DNA from: Candidatus Cloacimonadales bacterium
GTDB lineage: Bacteria; Cloacimonadota; Cloacimonadia; Cloacimonadales; JAIOQZ01
Direction of reading: 5' to 3'
Length of the DNA stretch: 64,000 nt
Assembly: GCA_963665815.1 (NCBI GenBank)
Contig: OY762463.1
Location: 1,536,001 to 1,600,000 of the forward strand
How positions within the stretch are numbered: the stretch's first letter is position 1; each line of letters begins with the position of its first letter. The notes beneath the pieces were generated by a model. The model was not told where the DNA came from. It was given only the letters and a program-made list of their open reading frames with translations, and did no database searches. A program made the position numbers and the translations under genes. Of this stretch, positions 40,525 to 50,600 are shown in pieces.

Positions 40525-41838
40525 ATGAAACAAGTAGATATTTTATTTAGAAATTGTAATATAGTATCAATTGACGATGATATGAAAATTATAATGAGGG
40601 GAAATTTGGCTGTTTCCGGAAATAAAATCTTCGACATTTGGACAAATGAAGAAAATAAGTTCTATGAAGCCGACACTGTTATTGAAGATAAAATTCTTAT
40701 ACCCGGACTTATTAATGCTCATACTCATGTTGCCATGGCATATTTCAAAGGCGTTGCTGATGATATTGAGCTATTCTCCTGGCTAAGTAATTACATCTGG
40801 CCACTTGAAGCAAAGTTTCTTAATAATGATTTTGTGTATGATTCTTCTCTGCATGGTTGTGCAGAAATGATTAAGAATGGTATAACATTATTCAGTGATA
40901 TGTATTTTTATGAAGAATCTACTGCCAGAGCTGCTGAAAAAGCAGGAATCAGAGCTATACTCGGAGAAGGTGTTCTTGATTTTCCGGCAGGACCACACAA
41001 AACACCTGAAGAAATGATAATGTATGCAGTCAAGGCAAACAAAAAATGGAAAGACTCAGACTTAATTGATTTCCAGATTGCTCCCCATGCAATATACACT
41101 TGTGGACCGGAAGCATTAAAAAAAGCTTACAAAGTATCAAAAGAAAACAATATGCTTATGCATATACATGTTTCAGAAACTCAAAAAGAAAACGCTGACT
41201 GTATTGAAAAGTTCGGATGTACTCCTGTACAGCATCTGGAGAATCTTGGAATCCTGGATAAAAATGTAATTCTTGCCCATGCAGTATGGACAACAGATGA
41301 GGATAGAGAGATTATCAAAAACAGAAAATGCGGTATTGCCATTAACACAGAAAGTAACCTGAAACTCGCCTCCGGATTTGCACCTTTAAAGGAATACACA
41401 GAAAAAGGAATAAGATTCGCCTTTGGAACTGATGGTGTAGCAAGCAATAACAACCTCAGTCTTCTGGAAGAATTGTCCACTTCTGCCAAACTCCATAAAG
41501 CATTGAATGCAGACCCAACTTTCCTTCCGGCAAAGGACATTCTCAGAGCAGCTACTTTTGAAGCAGCCTGCATTATGGGAAAGGATGATCAACTCGGTTC
41601 TCTTGAAATCGGCAAAAAAGCTGATATTGTATGTATTGACATGAATTCCATTGAAGCTCAACCATGCTATAATATATATTCACACATTATATATACATTG
41701 CAGACAGAAAACATTAATGATGTTGTAATCAATGGAAAAATTGTGATGCAGAACAGAAAACTTACTAATATTGACGAAGCTGAACTCATCTGTACTGCCC
41801 AGAAATATAAGAAAGAAATTGAAGGAGAAATCAGTTAA
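40525..41838 (+). CDS. Amidohydrolase, MTA/SAH deaminase (MtaD)-like
   Basis: PGLINAHTH, APHAIYT, HIHVSET, SNLKLASG, GTDGVASNN. Confidence 0.85.
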   Translation: MKQVDILFRNCNIVSIDDDMKIIMRGNLAVSGNKIFDIWTNEENKFYEADTVIEDKILIPGLINAHTHVAMAYFKGVADDIELFSWLSNYIWPLEAKFLNNDFVYDSSLHGCAEMIKNGITLFSDMYFYEESTARAAEKAGIRAILGEGVLDFPAGPHKTPEEMIMYAVKANKKWKDSDLIDFQIAPHAIYTCGPEALKKAYKVSKENNMLMHIHVSETQKENADCIEKFGCTPVQHLENLGILDKNVILAHAVWTTDEDREIIKNRKCGIAINTESNLKLASGFAPLKEYTEKGIRFAFGTDGVASNNNLSLLEELSTSAKLHKALNADPTFLPAKDILRAATFEAACIMGKDDQLGSLEIGKKADIVCIDMNSIEAQPCYNIYSHIIYTLQTENINDVVINGKIVMQNRKLTNIDEAELICTAQKYKKEIEGEIS

Positions 41839-42600
41839 ATGCGAAGAATAGTTCTTGATCTGTCTTTTGATGGAACTAATTTCAATGGATGGCAGATCCA
41901 GAAAACAGGTCGGACAATACAACAGGTTCTGGAAAATGCTCTATCTCAAATGGCAAAAGAGAAAATCAATATCACCGGATCAGGACGAACTGATTCAGGG
42001 GTTCATGCGATTCAGCAGATAGCTCATTTCGATTATAAAGGTAATATGAAACCCGAACAGATTAATCTTGCCCTGCACGCTATATTACCGGATGATATAA
42101 GAGTAAACAAAGTTATTGAAGTCGGAAACGACTTCCATGCCAGGTTTGATGCTTTCAGGCGAACATACAATTACCATATTGCGAAAAAAAGGACACCATT
42201 CAACAGATTGTATAAAAGCTGGTATCCTAAAATAGCATTTGAGACTGATTATCTCAGAGAAGCCTGCACTTACTTTTTGGGAGAACATGATTTTTCTTCC
42301 TTCGCAAAACCTAATCCTGATCTTAAACACTATAGATGTACTCTGGAAAAACTTGAACTCATTGAGACTGATGATTCCTATATCTTTGAAATTTCAGCGA
42401 ACAGATTTCTACATAATATGGTAAGAAGAATTGTAGGCTGCATGCTTACGCTGATGCATAAAAGAATCAATCCCGGCAAAATAAGTGAATTTTTAAACAA
42501 TCCACAACATAATCAGGTTCTTGTCCCCACCGCCCAACCTCAAGGGCTTTTCCTTGTAAAAGTGGAATATCCTGAAAACAGCTTTAACAATGAGAATTAA
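41839..42600 (+). CDS. truA: tRNA pseudouridine(38-40) synthase
   Basis: FDGTNFNGWQ, GRTDSGVHA, FHARF, FLHNMVR. Confidence 0.97.
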   Translation: MRRIVLDLSFDGTNFNGWQIQKTGRTIQQVLENALSQMAKEKINITGSGRTDSGVHAIQQIAHFDYKGNMKPEQINLALHAILPDDIRVNKVIEVGNDFHARFDAFRRTYNYHIAKKRTPFNRLYKSWYPKIAFETDYLREACTYFLGEHDFSSFAKPNPDLKHYRCTLEKLELIETDDSYIFEISANRFLHNMVRRIVGCMLTLMHKRINPGKISEFLNNPQHNQVLVPTAQPQGLFLVKVEYPENSFNNEN

Positions 42601-43771
42601 TATGAAACATGTAAAATATTTATTGCTTCTGATTATATGTATTGCTTTCATTACCGGGTGCGATGATGAAAGCAGTAAAAAAGAATGGACAGTCCTTATT
42701 TATATGGGGGCTGACAACAGCTTATCTTATTATGTTGACGATGAAATAAACGAGATTGAGAGATCGGTTTCGGACATGAACATAGTAATCCAGGTCGACA
42801 GAAGCTCTCTCAATTCTGACCTTGAGACTTTAACTTATGAGGTTAAGAATGATTCTACACCTGAAATTAAATCAAAAATAGTGAGAAGCCTTGGAGAAAC
42901 AGATTCTGCTGACTGGAGTAATGTTGCTGAGTTTCTGAAATGGGGTTACTCACGTTATCCTTCGGAAAAGAAAGCATTTATTATCTGGTCACATGGAAAT
43001 GGCTGGTCAAGAAGCAGACCCCATGCAGTTATTACAGACGATGATTTCAACAGCTCAATATCCATTTCCAATGGTGATTTCAGAAGAGTATTTGCCGAAT
43101 ATGGTGGAAATATTGATATACTAATGTTTGATGCCTGCCTGATGCAGACTGTTGAAGTACTGGGTGAGGTTCAGGGATATGCCGATTATGTAGTAGGATC
43201 TGAAGCAGAGATCTATGCTGATGCAGGCTATCCATATGATGAAATCCTCAGTAACTGGAATCAGTTTTCATCTACGAAAGAAATAGCTGCCGATATTGCA
43301 GAAAAAACAATTTTATCCTACCTCCCCGGAGGTTCTCAGCATGGAGGATATAACAATCAGGTTACGTGTTCTGTTGCAGATATGGGTAAGTATGACGAAC
43401 TCATGGCTTCATTATCTGATTTCTCTGAAAACTGGACAGACAGTTCAGCAGTGATGGAATCAATATACAAAACCTGTCTTAAGTTTGACTATGATGACGA
43501 AACAATTGATTTACATGAGTTTTTCACCTTACTTCATGTTGTCTCCGATACTGAAACACAAATCTATATTGAAAACGTTTTAACATGTCTGGAAAATTTG
43601 TTTGTGTATAAATCAAGTATAGGGTACTTCAATAACCTCATTGGGTATTGCTCAATATATTATCCTTCTACTTCAAATTTCTCTACTTCTCCACGTTTTA
43701 CCAGATACAGAAATCTGCTTTTCAACAGTAAATCCGGCTGGAGCGATTTTTTAATCAGAATATACAATTGA
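42590..43771 (+). CDS. Clostripain-family (C11) cysteine peptidase lipoprotein
   Basis: Lipobox FITGC; WTVLIYMGADN; WSHGNGW (His); FDACLM (Cys). Confidence 0.9.
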   Translation: MRINMKHVKYLLLLIICIAFITGCDDESSKKEWTVLIYMGADNSLSYYVDDEINEIERSVSDMNIVIQVDRSSLNSDLETLTYEVKNDSTPEIKSKIVRSLGETDSADWSNVAEFLKWGYSRYPSEKKAFIIWSHGNGWSRSRPHAVITDDDFNSSISISNGDFRRVFAEYGGNIDILMFDACLMQTVEVLGEVQGYADYVVGSEAEIYADAGYPYDEILSNWNQFSSTKEIAADIAEKTILSYLPGGSQHGGYNNQVTCSVADMGKYDELMASLSDFSENWTDSSAVMESIYKTCLKFDYDDETIDLHEFFTLLHVVSDTETQIYIENVLTCLENLFVYKSSIGYFNNLIGYCSIYYPSTSNFSTSPRFTRYRNLLFNSKSGWSDFLIRIYN

Positions 43772-44328
43772 ATGTGGATTGTTTTCAGGACAGATATTAC
43801 TGCATATAAACTAAATCACTGAATTTTATGGAGAAATGAATGTGGATAACTTGTGGATATCTCTTTCTGTACAAATGTAATTATCTCCATAAACCATTGT
43901 ATTTTCTAACTTTACAACATTTGTAACAGCTTTTCTTACATTGTGCATAAATTGCTAATAAATGTAATAAAATCTACCCTTCATTCTTCATTTAGAGCTG
44001 ACTGTTTTCCGTGAATTTATATAATTTCTTTTATTTACAGGGTTTAATCAGATTGGAAAAAGAAATTTTTTTGCAAGAAATATTAACTTTCTTCCATAAT
44101 ATTCCACCTGAAATAAGCACTTAGACGCAGTTCCAATATGGCATGGTTTTCAATGAAAATTCCTGGATAATCAGGCTATCTTTTTCTTAAACAGTTAATT
44201 ATATGTTATTTTCTAAAGATTATTGACACAATTTAATGTCTTATCATTGTAAAGTAATAATTCACCGGAAGAAAAATATCTTGTCCAAAAGTTACTATTG
44301 AATTTTTGTGAAATTGGAGTAAAAGAAA
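43772..44328. other. Candidate replication origin (DnaA-box cluster)
   Basis: 557-bp AT-rich gap containing TGTGGATAA (43841), TGTGGATAT (43852), TGTGCATAA (43942), TGTGGATTG (43773) and TATGGAGAA (43827); directly upstream of mnmG. Confidence 0.7.
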
Positions 44329-46179
44329 ATGATTTATAAATATGATGTTATTGTAATCGGAGCCGGACATGCCGGTATTGAAGCAGCTCTGGCCGCTTCC
44401 AGAATGGGAGTTTCAACTCTGTTGGTTGTAATGAAATACGAACAGATTGGGATTATGTCCTGCAATCCGACTGTAGGAGGTCCGGCAAAAGGACACCTCG
44501 CAAGAGAGATAGATGCTCTCGGTGGAGAAATAGGAAGAGCTGCAGATCTTTCCGGAATTCAATTCAGGATGCTTAACAGAAAAAAAGGACCTGCTGTCTG
44601 GGCTCCAAGAAGTCAGAATGACAGAGCCGGATATGCCAATATCATGCGTGAAACCCTTGAAAACACGGATAATCTTGATGTTAAAGAATTGATAGCAACA
44701 GAACTTTTGATTGAGAAACAGACAGTCAAAGGAATAAACACACATCTCGGAATTAAGTTCTATGCTCCAAGAGTTATCATAGCCAGCGGAACTTTTCTTA
44801 ACGGAAAAATACATGTCGGCAATGTCAATTATTCCGGTGGGAGATCAGGAGAACCTGCCTCTAAAGCTCTCGCGGAATCCCTGAAAGAAATCGGATTACA
44901 GCTTGGTAGATTCAAAACAGGAACACCACCAAGAGTAGATATCAACACAGTCGATATTTCTGCAACAACACTCCAGCCCGGTGATGATAATCCCGAAGGA
45001 TTCTCCTGCTATAGAGATATTGAACTTAAGAACCTTGTTGACTGTTATTTAACATTCACAACTCCAAGAACTCATGAAATCATCAGAAATAATCTTGGGC
45101 TGTCATCATTATATGGAGGTAACATTTCGGGTACAGGACCAAGATACTGTCCTTCAATCGAAGATAAGATCGTGAAATTTGCAGGCAAAGATCAACATCA
45201 GGTATTCATTGAACCTGAAGGTATCCACACTCACGAATGTTATGTTAATGGAGTCTCCAACAGTCTTCCTCCTGCTGTACAGACAGAAATGATTAATTCC
45301 ATACCTTCTCTTGAGAAAGCAAAGATCATCCGCTTTGGGTATGCAATAGAATATGATTATGTAATTCCGTCTGAAATACGTCAAACACTTGAAACAAAAA
45401 AAATTGCAGGTTTATATCTTGCAGGTCAGATTAACGGAACATCGGGGTACGAAGAAGCTGCTGCTCAAGGTCTTGCTGCAGGTATTAATGCTGTAAAATC
45501 ACTATCGGGAGAAGATCCTTTTATTCTGGAAAGATCACATTCCTATATGGGAGTACTGATTGATGATCTTGTTACAAAAGGAACTGAAGAGCCTTATAGA
45601 CTGTTTACTTCCAGAGCAGAATACAGACTGTTTCTCAGACAAGATAACGCAGATGAACGTTTGATGCATATTGGCTACAAACTGGGGCTCGTTTCTGATG
45701 TCAGATGGCAGAGATACAAGAAAATGCTGGAAATAAAAGAACGTGAAATCAACTTCATGAAAAAAGCAAACTGTCTACCAAACAATCTAACTCGTGAACC
45801 TATCAAGTACTACACTCTGTTAAAGAGAAATGAAGTGAACTTTGAGAATCTTCATGAATTCGGTTACACATTTAAACCTGATGTTACATCACAGATAAAA
45901 AATAAAATAGAAATTGAATGCAAATATGAAGGCTACCTTAAGAGACAGCTCTCAGATATTCAGCGCTTCGATTCAATGGAACACCAGAGACTCCCTGAAA
46001 ACATAGACTTCATGTCAATAGAAACAATTGCCTGGGAAGCTCGAGAAAAACTGAAGAAAATACAGCCTGAATCCATAGGACAGGCAGCAAGGATTTCAGG
46101 AGTAAACAGAACAGACATAAATGCTCTGATTGTCTATTTGAAGAAAACGCAATCCGGTGATAAGGAGGATATGAAATGA
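44329..46179 (+). CDS. mnmG: tRNA uridine 5-carboxymethylaminomethyl modification enzyme (GidA)
   Basis: GAGHAGIEAA, MSCNP, GPRYCPSIEDK, GQINGTSGYEEAA. Confidence 0.98.
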   Translation: MIYKYDVIVIGAGHAGIEAALAASRMGVSTLLVVMKYEQIGIMSCNPTVGGPAKGHLAREIDALGGEIGRAADLSGIQFRMLNRKKGPAVWAPRSQNDRAGYANIMRETLENTDNLDVKELIATELLIEKQTVKGINTHLGIKFYAPRVIIASGTFLNGKIHVGNVNYSGGRSGEPASKALAESLKEIGLQLGRFKTGTPPRVDINTVDISATTLQPGDDNPEGFSCYRDIELKNLVDCYLTFTTPRTHEIIRNNLGLSSLYGGNISGTGPRYCPSIEDKIVKFAGKDQHQVFIEPEGIHTHECYVNGVSNSLPPAVQTEMINSIPSLEKAKIIRFGYAIEYDYVIPSEIRQTLETKKIAGLYLAGQINGTSGYEEAAAQGLAAGINAVKSLSGEDPFILERSHSYMGVLIDDLVTKGTEEPYRLFTSRAEYRLFLRQDNADERLMHIGYKLGLVSDVRWQRYKKMLEIKEREINFMKKANCLPNNLTREPIKYYTLLKRNEVNFENLHEFGYTFKPDVTSQIKNKIEIECKYEGYLKRQLSDIQRFDSMEHQRLPENIDFMSIETIAWEAREKLKKIQPESIGQAARISGVNRTDINALIVYLKKTQSGDKEDMK

Positions 46180-46895
46180 AATTTGCAGCAGTAATTCCGG
46201 CACGGTATCAATCTCAGAGATTTCCGGGTAAACCTCTTGCTTTGCTGAATAACAAACCCATAATCCTACATGTCTATGATTCTGTAGTTAAAACCGAATT
46301 GTTTGATTTTGTTGCAGTTGCTACTGATGACGCCAGAATAAAGCATACTGTAGAGAATGCAGGAGGTATTGTAATAATGACTTCTGAATCTCATCAGAGT
46401 GGTACTGACAGGATACATGAAGCAAGTTCAAGTATTGATGCAGATGTAATTATTAATGTGCAGGGTGACGAACCTTTCATAAACATAGATCCACTGAAGA
46501 GACTGGTAGAATGTTTTAGATCTGAAACTGTTGAAGTTGCATCATTGATGCATAAAATCAGTAATGAAGAAGAGATCTTCAATCCTAACATTGTTAAAGT
46601 TATAACTGATGATAATGATTTTGCTTTATACTTCTCGAGATCGGCAATACCATATAACCGAGACAAAATTAATGATGTAACCTATTGGAAACATATCGGA
46701 GTTTACGGTTATACAATTGAAGCTCTGAATGCTTTTGTTGGGTATCCTCAATCCGCGCTTGAGAAAATTGAAAAACTGGAACAACTGAGATTTCTCAGCA
46801 ATGGTTATAAGATAAAAATGATTAAATCCGAGTATAAAGGATTTGGCATTGATACTCCGGAAGATCTGCTAAAAGCAGAAAAAGTATTTGACTGA
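46176..46895 (+). CDS. kdsB: CMP-KDO synthetase
   Basis: IPARYQSQRFPGKPL, SGTDR, NVQGDEP, EKLEQLR. Confidence 0.96.
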   Translation: MKFAAVIPARYQSQRFPGKPLALLNNKPIILHVYDSVVKTELFDFVAVATDDARIKHTVENAGGIVIMTSESHQSGTDRIHEASSSIDADVIINVQGDEPFINIDPLKRLVECFRSETVEVASLMHKISNEEEIFNPNIVKVITDDNDFALYFSRSAIPYNRDKINDVTYWKHIGVYGYTIEALNAFVGYPQSALEKIEKLEQLRFLSNGYKIKMIKSEYKGFGIDTPEDLLKAEKVFD

Positions 46896-46942
46896 GTATC
46901 TTACCAAACAGTATTTTATATTCAATAGTCATTCATAGCCTA

Positions 46943-46958
46943 TGGCATTGATTATGCA
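46943..46958 (+). promoter_or_regulatory. Candidate sigma54 (-24/-12) promoter
   Basis: TGGCATTGATTATGCA has exact GG-N10-GC spacing and ends 22 nt before ATG 46981. Confidence 0.6.
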
Positions 46959-46980
46959 TAAATAATAATTGGAGGAAACT

Positions 46981-47589
46981 ATGAAAAAGTTTTTAATATA
47001 TTTTGTAATGCTTGCTATAGCAGCAACTTTTCTGATTAGCTGTAGTAACAATAAAACCGTCAGAGGCAGTGATGAGTTGATTTCGGGGAATAATAATCCT
47101 AAATGGGTAGATGAACCGGAAAAAGCTTCCACTAAAAAAGAAAAAGCATTTATTGGAGTTTCCAGACAATTCAGTATGGAACAGGATGCAAGATCAGATG
47201 CCAGAAGAGATGCTTACAAACAGGCTGCCGAAGCACTCGGAGTTTATGTAAAAAGTAAAGTCAACGAAGTTGTTTCATCTGTAAACATGAGCGACAATAT
47301 CCTTTCACCTGCTATTGTAAGAGATGAGTTAAGCAGAATTGAAGCTGCGGGAATTACAGTCGGAAATGTAAAAGAATATCATGTTCAGAAGTATCAAAAG
47401 ACTGATGAAGACAAAGTATCATACTATTATGTAGCATATTGCCAGTATCTTGTGGATAAAAATTATTCTAAAGAAGTAATGGAAAATATTGTTAAAAAAC
47501 AAAGGGAAAAAACTGAAAACGAAAAAGATAAAGTTCAATTAGATAGAGCTCTGGAAAAAATCAAAGAACTTGATACATCCGGTTTTTAA
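46981..47589 (+). CDS. Lipoprotein (LPP20-like)
   Basis: GGAGG ribosome site before ATG 46981; lipobox FLISC; PKWV...FIGVS...ARRDA. Confidence 0.7.
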   Translation: MKKFLIYFVMLAIAATFLISCSNNKTVRGSDELISGNNNPKWVDEPEKASTKKEKAFIGVSRQFSMEQDARSDARRDAYKQAAEALGVYVKSKVNEVVSSVNMSDNILSPAIVRDELSRIEAAGITVGNVKEYHVQKYQKTDEDKVSYYYVAYCQYLVDKNYSKEVMENIVKKQREKTENEKDKVQLDRALEKIKELDTSGF

Positions 47590-47619
47590 AATATCCCATA
47601 TTATAAGATATATATAATT

Positions 47620-47651
47620 ACAGGCTGCTGAAATCTCAGCAGCCTGTTTTT
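47620..47651 (+). terminator. Intrinsic terminator
   Basis: ACAGGCTGCTGA-AATC-TCAGCAGCCTGT-TTTT. Confidence 0.85.
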
Positions 47652-47694
47652 CGGGTAATCAGCAGAGTCTGTGAATCAACTGCCAGTCGACTCT

Positions 47695-50600
47695 CTATTT
47701 CAAGAGTACTGCTTTGATTGTGTTATTGAAACTGCCTGACTCAATTCGGATAAAGTATACTCCACTTCCGACCTGATTTCCATGGTTGTTTTTACCATGC
47801 CAGACAACACTATGCCTTCCCGCATCGTTAAAATCACTAACCAGAGTTTTAACCAGTTCACCTTTAATATTGTACACTTTTACTTCCGTATACTTTCCTG
47901 CTTTTAGTGAATATTGTATTCTTGTATCCGGATTAAACGGATTAGGTTGATTCTGTTCAAGACAATCTGTATATACATTTACGTCTCCATCCTCTATTCC
48001 TGTAGAATGCCTGAGGATATCTATTGTTTCGGAAGAAGCACTTTCACCATTCATGTAAAGAGATGTAACATAGTAGTATTCCTGAACTTCTGATTCAACT
48101 TCTTCTGACCAGGTTGAATCAGATGTAGTATCATATAGTCTAAATCCGGAAACATGATCCCATTTATATATCTTGTAATGCACAAAATCGTCTCTGTTTT
48201 CTCCGACAGAATTCCATACAAGTACAGCATCTGCTCCATCAACATCTCCTGAGATTCCTTCCGGTCTCCAGAGGAAGTCAAAGTCAAGATTAAGATTACT
48301 CGCTTCATTACCTGAAGTCACCGTAATATCTTCTAATGTATCATCGGCGTAATCTTTGCATTCTCCATTCAGACTGTATGTTCCCGGAGCGACATAGAAA
48401 CTGAAGTCCCTGTCATCTAAACCGGTCAAACCGTATATTCCACTCTTCAGAATAACATCTCCAACATTCGTGTTATTATTGTTTGAGAAACTCACCTGAC
48501 CTGAAAGAACACTGTAATCACTCGTTGACTGTCCTATTTCCATGTTAATGAAATCAGTATAAGATTCGCCACCATCACAAGTATAATCAAGCTTAAGTTC
48601 AAACTTTTCACCTGCGGACATTCCCATACCTGTAGTGAAGGTTAACTGAGATTGAGTAACACAATTGCGAGCAAGTTCAAGATCATTTACTGCATCAACA
48701 ATAAAAGAAATGTTCGCATTACTGCATGATACTGAGATATCGAGATCATCAATTGATTCAACACCGGAGTTAGTAATATTCAAGACCAGATTAACAGTTT
48801 CACCTGCATCAAGAATATTGTTTCCAGTACTACTTTCTAAAATGAAGTAATCTGTCAATTGAGCAAACTTTTCCGGGGCATTTTTAAGTACAGTTGTAAA
48901 CATTATTGCCGTATTGTTTCCCAATTGAACTGAAGTATCGTCATATTCATTGTTATATGTATACTCCAGACCGGTCACTTCATCATGAGATTCCAATCCA
49001 ACAGTACAGTAATTTCCCATTTTGGGTTCTCCGTCAAGAGTGAAATAACTATCAGAATTATTAAATACTTTGTACTGTATCTTAATATTACCATCTCCCG
49101 TTGGAGTTGAATAATAGTCCGGATCATAAAGTACAATCTGGAATGTTTCTTCAGTACTTCCCTGTTTATTTTTACAGTGTGACCACTCAACAATATATGT
49201 ATTGTCTGTACTATTATAATAGTAGTAAACACCTGCACCATTACCAATATATATATCATCCCAGAATGCGGCAATCATTGGGCTTGGTCCACATGCATCA
49301 GGTATAGGATAGTTTCTGAACATAACTTGTTCAGTCTCATATTCTCCTATATTGGAAAATGTAATCCAACCATTTGAACTGATACCAATTCTTGAATAAT
49401 CAATACCATACATTTTAAATGTAAAAGGTAAATCAAAGTGTTTGATATGCTGAGTCACTCCATTAACCGGATCATGATTTCCGTTATCTATAAGCTGAGT
49501 ATTGGTTCCAGAAAAAGCACCCGGACGAGAAGGATCAATTTCAACCCAGTAATATGTTGGGCTATACTGGTATGAAACATCACCTTGATCTAAGGCAATA
49601 TAACCATAGTTGTCCGGGCCTGTAGAAAAATTCTGTCCTGTGTTAGCTGTGACAGGAATTGTAATTTTCTTTGTCTCGGAATATCCCGAGTAATTGAATA
49701 AATTCAGTGTAAAGTTTATTTCATTTTCATAGATTGCGTTTTGAAGAACTTCAATATTAAATTCATCTCCTGTATTGGAAATTGATTCCATATTCAGGAT
49801 TGATCCCCAGTATCCTGTGTCATCGGTAACAATGACACTGTGATGATCTGACTCAAGTCTTCCATATATGTTTTCCAGGTCTGAGCCGGAATTCAGAATA
49901 TTCATCTTTATACTATAATTGTTTCCTGCCTGAATTTCAGGATTAACAGAATTATCATCTACAAAAACACTGCTTACTTCAAGAGATGGAACAACAACAG
50001 GAACTCTTAGCTTGGAATTCCATACATTTGAATTGTCATCCTCAACTGTAATGTCGAATACAATATCTGTATCTTCCTGAATATCCTCTGAGAAATATAC
50101 TACATATCCATTATTTCCTGTTACAATACCATTAATATAGATTGTAGAGAAATTGTCTTCATTGTCAACGATGTACACACAAGTGTCATCGGAGTTCAGT
50201 GCAACTACCGGATTGAATGCAGCAGCATCACTGAAATTCTTCAAGGTAAGATCAATCTTCACCTTTTCACCAGGATTTATAACTCCATCATTGTTACCGT
50301 TAGTTTCATCAGTTACATCATCATGTATCTGGATAGAATATGGTTTCATAGCATTTGCTGCAGTGACCGGAACACTCTCAATAATTGGTTCGTAATCTGG
50401 TTTTGTCACAACAATATCAAGAGAGCTATCCAAGTTGTTCTCAATAAAAATCTCTGCATTGCCGTCATTATCTGAGTACACTGATTGATGAAAATTATCA
50501 TCATGAATAGTTACCCAGGCATTTTCTATAGGATTTCCATCTGAATCCTGAACAAGTATTTCTATTGAGTTATCAATTGTACTGACAGTTCCCCCATTAC

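Noticed and set aside
44138-44155. TGGCATGGTTTTCAA as a sigma54 promoter
   Set aside because: No GC at the -12 position
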